Assembly (NCBI GenBank): GCA_041489255.1
Contig: JBGPQV010000001.1
Location: forward strand, 32,001 to 96,000
Direction of reading: 5' to 3'
DNA: 64,000 nucleotides
DNA from: Thermoplasmata archaeon
Lineage (GTDB): Archaea; Thermoplasmatota; Thermoplasmata; RBG-16-68-12; JAFNFQ01
Shown: piece after piece, positions 62,872 through 64,000 of the stretch
Numbering within the stretch: position 1 is the stretch's first letter
Layout: the number at the start of each line of letters is the position of its first letter
Made by a program: the position numbers and the translations under genes
The notes under the pieces: model-generated
The model's input: the letters and a program-made list of their open reading frames with translations, nothing else
Database searches by the model: none
What the model was told of the DNA's origin: nothing

Positions 62872-63087
62872 ATGGTGATGCCTCTAAGCGTGCTGGAGAA
62901 GTCGATAAACAAGCGTATCTCTCTGCTTCTGAAGGACAACAGGATTCTCGAAGGCAAGCTCATGGGCTATGACGACTACATGAACATGGTGCTCGAGGAT
63001 GCCGAGGAGACCAAAGACGAGCTCGTCCGGAGGATAGGCACCGTCGTCCTGCGCGGCAACAACGTCGTCACCATAGTCCCGAAGTAG
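62872..63087 (+). CDS. Sm-like archaeal protein (Lsm/SmAP)
   Basis: PL..L, LKDNR..EGKLMGYDDYMNMVL (Sm1), VVLRGNNV (Sm2). Confidence 0.95.
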   Translation: MVMPLSVLEKSINKRISLLLKDNRILEGKLMGYDDYMNMVLEDAEETKDELVRRIGTVVLRGNNVVTIVPK

Positions 63088-63139
63088 TCCTTTATCGGCG
63101 GGGCAAGATTATTAGGTCGCGAGTTGCTTTAGTCCTTCA

Positions 63140-64000
63140 ATGCAGGCAGTCATCATAGCCGGGGGGCTCGGGACCCGGATGAGGCCCCTCACTTTCACCC
63201 GGCCGAAGCCGCTCATCCCCCTCCTCAACAGGGAAATGATCCTCCACGTGCTCGACCGCCTGCCCAGGGAAATCGAGGACGTCATCCTGCCTGTGAATTA
63301 CATGATCGACAGGATGCGGCAGTTCTTCATGGAAAACGACGTGGGGCGCAGGGTCCAGATCGTCGAGGAGAAGATCCCTCTCGGCACAGGTGGCGCGCTG
63401 AAGAACGTGGAGAACCTTCTGGGGTCAAGATTCCTCGTTTTCAATGGCGATGTCATATCTTCGATCAATGTGGACGAAATGGTGAAACGTCACGAGGACA
63501 ACGGCGGCATTGCGACTTTGGCGGTATGGGAAGTCGAGGATCCGTCCGCCTTCGGTGCTCTGGACCTCAAGGAGGGCGGCAGGATAGCACGATTCGTGGA
63601 GAAACCCAAGGAGGGTGAAGCTCCTTCGAAGCTGATCAACGCGGGCGTATACGTCTTCGAGCGCGAGGTCTTGAGGTTCATCCCTGACGGGAAACAGGTA
63701 TCGATGGAACGCGAGGTCTTCCCCAAGCTGATCAGGAAAGGACTCTACGGCTACAGGTTCGAGGGGTACTGGGCGGACGCAGGAACCCTGAAGAACTACA
63801 TCCGCGCGATGAAGATGCTCCTGGCATCCAGAGGCTCGGAGATAAATCTCTCCGTGCAAATCAAAGAAGGCGCAAAGGTCGAAAAGCCGGTGAACATCGG
63901 GCCGGGGTGCACGGTTGACGGGTCAATCGGCCCGAACGTCTCTCTCGGCTCGGAGTGCGAGATCCGTCGTGCTACCATCGCCGACTCGGCCCTGTTCGAC
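63140..64000 (+). CDS. NDP-sugar pyrophosphorylase, partial (runs off the window; absent from the ORF track)
   Basis: MQAVIIAGGLGTRMRPLTFTRPKPLIP, PLGTGGA, FVEKP, INAGVY, YWADAG. Confidence 0.92.
   Translation, partial: MQAVIIAGGLGTRMRPLTFTRPKPLIPLLNREMILHVLDRLPREIEDVILPVNYMIDRMRQFFMENDVGRRVQIVEEKIPLGTGGALKNVENLLGSRFLVFNGDVISSINVDEMVKRHEDNGGIATLAVWEVEDPSAFGALDLKEGGRIARFVEKPKEGEAPSKLINAGVYVFEREVLRFIPDGKQVSMEREVFPKLIRKGLYGYRFEGYWADAGTLKNYIRAMKMLLASRGSEINLSVQIKEGAKVEKPVNIGPGCTVDGSIGPNVSLGSECEIRRATIADSALFD

Overview
A GC-rich (about 60%) archaeal chromosomal segment, most consistent with an uncultured Thermoplasmatota lineage outside Thermoplasmatales. This rests on an unsplit rpoB, an RpoA'' with a long N-terminal extension, a classical mevalonate kinase, and archaeal TATA/BRE promoters. 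It holds about 62 mostly housekeeping CDS, including sdh/frdA-C-D-B, the rpoH-B-A'-A''-rpl30e-nusA operon, EF-1beta, pyrBI, a 2-oxoacid:ferredoxin oxidoreductase pair, ksgA, trm56, a DRG GTPase and an Lsm. I found no CRISPR array, rRNA, integrase or transposase. Six features stand out. (1) A tRNA-Lys(UUU) gene is interrupted by three BHB/BHL introns (20/21, 37/38, 59/60) directly upstream of rpoH. (2) A two-gene SNF2 ATPase plus RapA_C/YqhG-like partner with a RING-like 21-Cys zinc array lies directly downstream of the RNA polymerase operon. (3) Three proteins share a C2H2-finger/transmembrane/extracellular-domain layout, two with thioredoxin folds next to VKOR. (4) A regulatory cluster has two divergent TFB paralogues, two TrmB proteins, MEDS and V4R sensors. 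(5) Several genes appear to start at CUG. (6) One radical SAM gene has an in-frame TAG and one redoxin gene has a 1-nt frameshift. All family assignments come from recalled motifs, not database searches.
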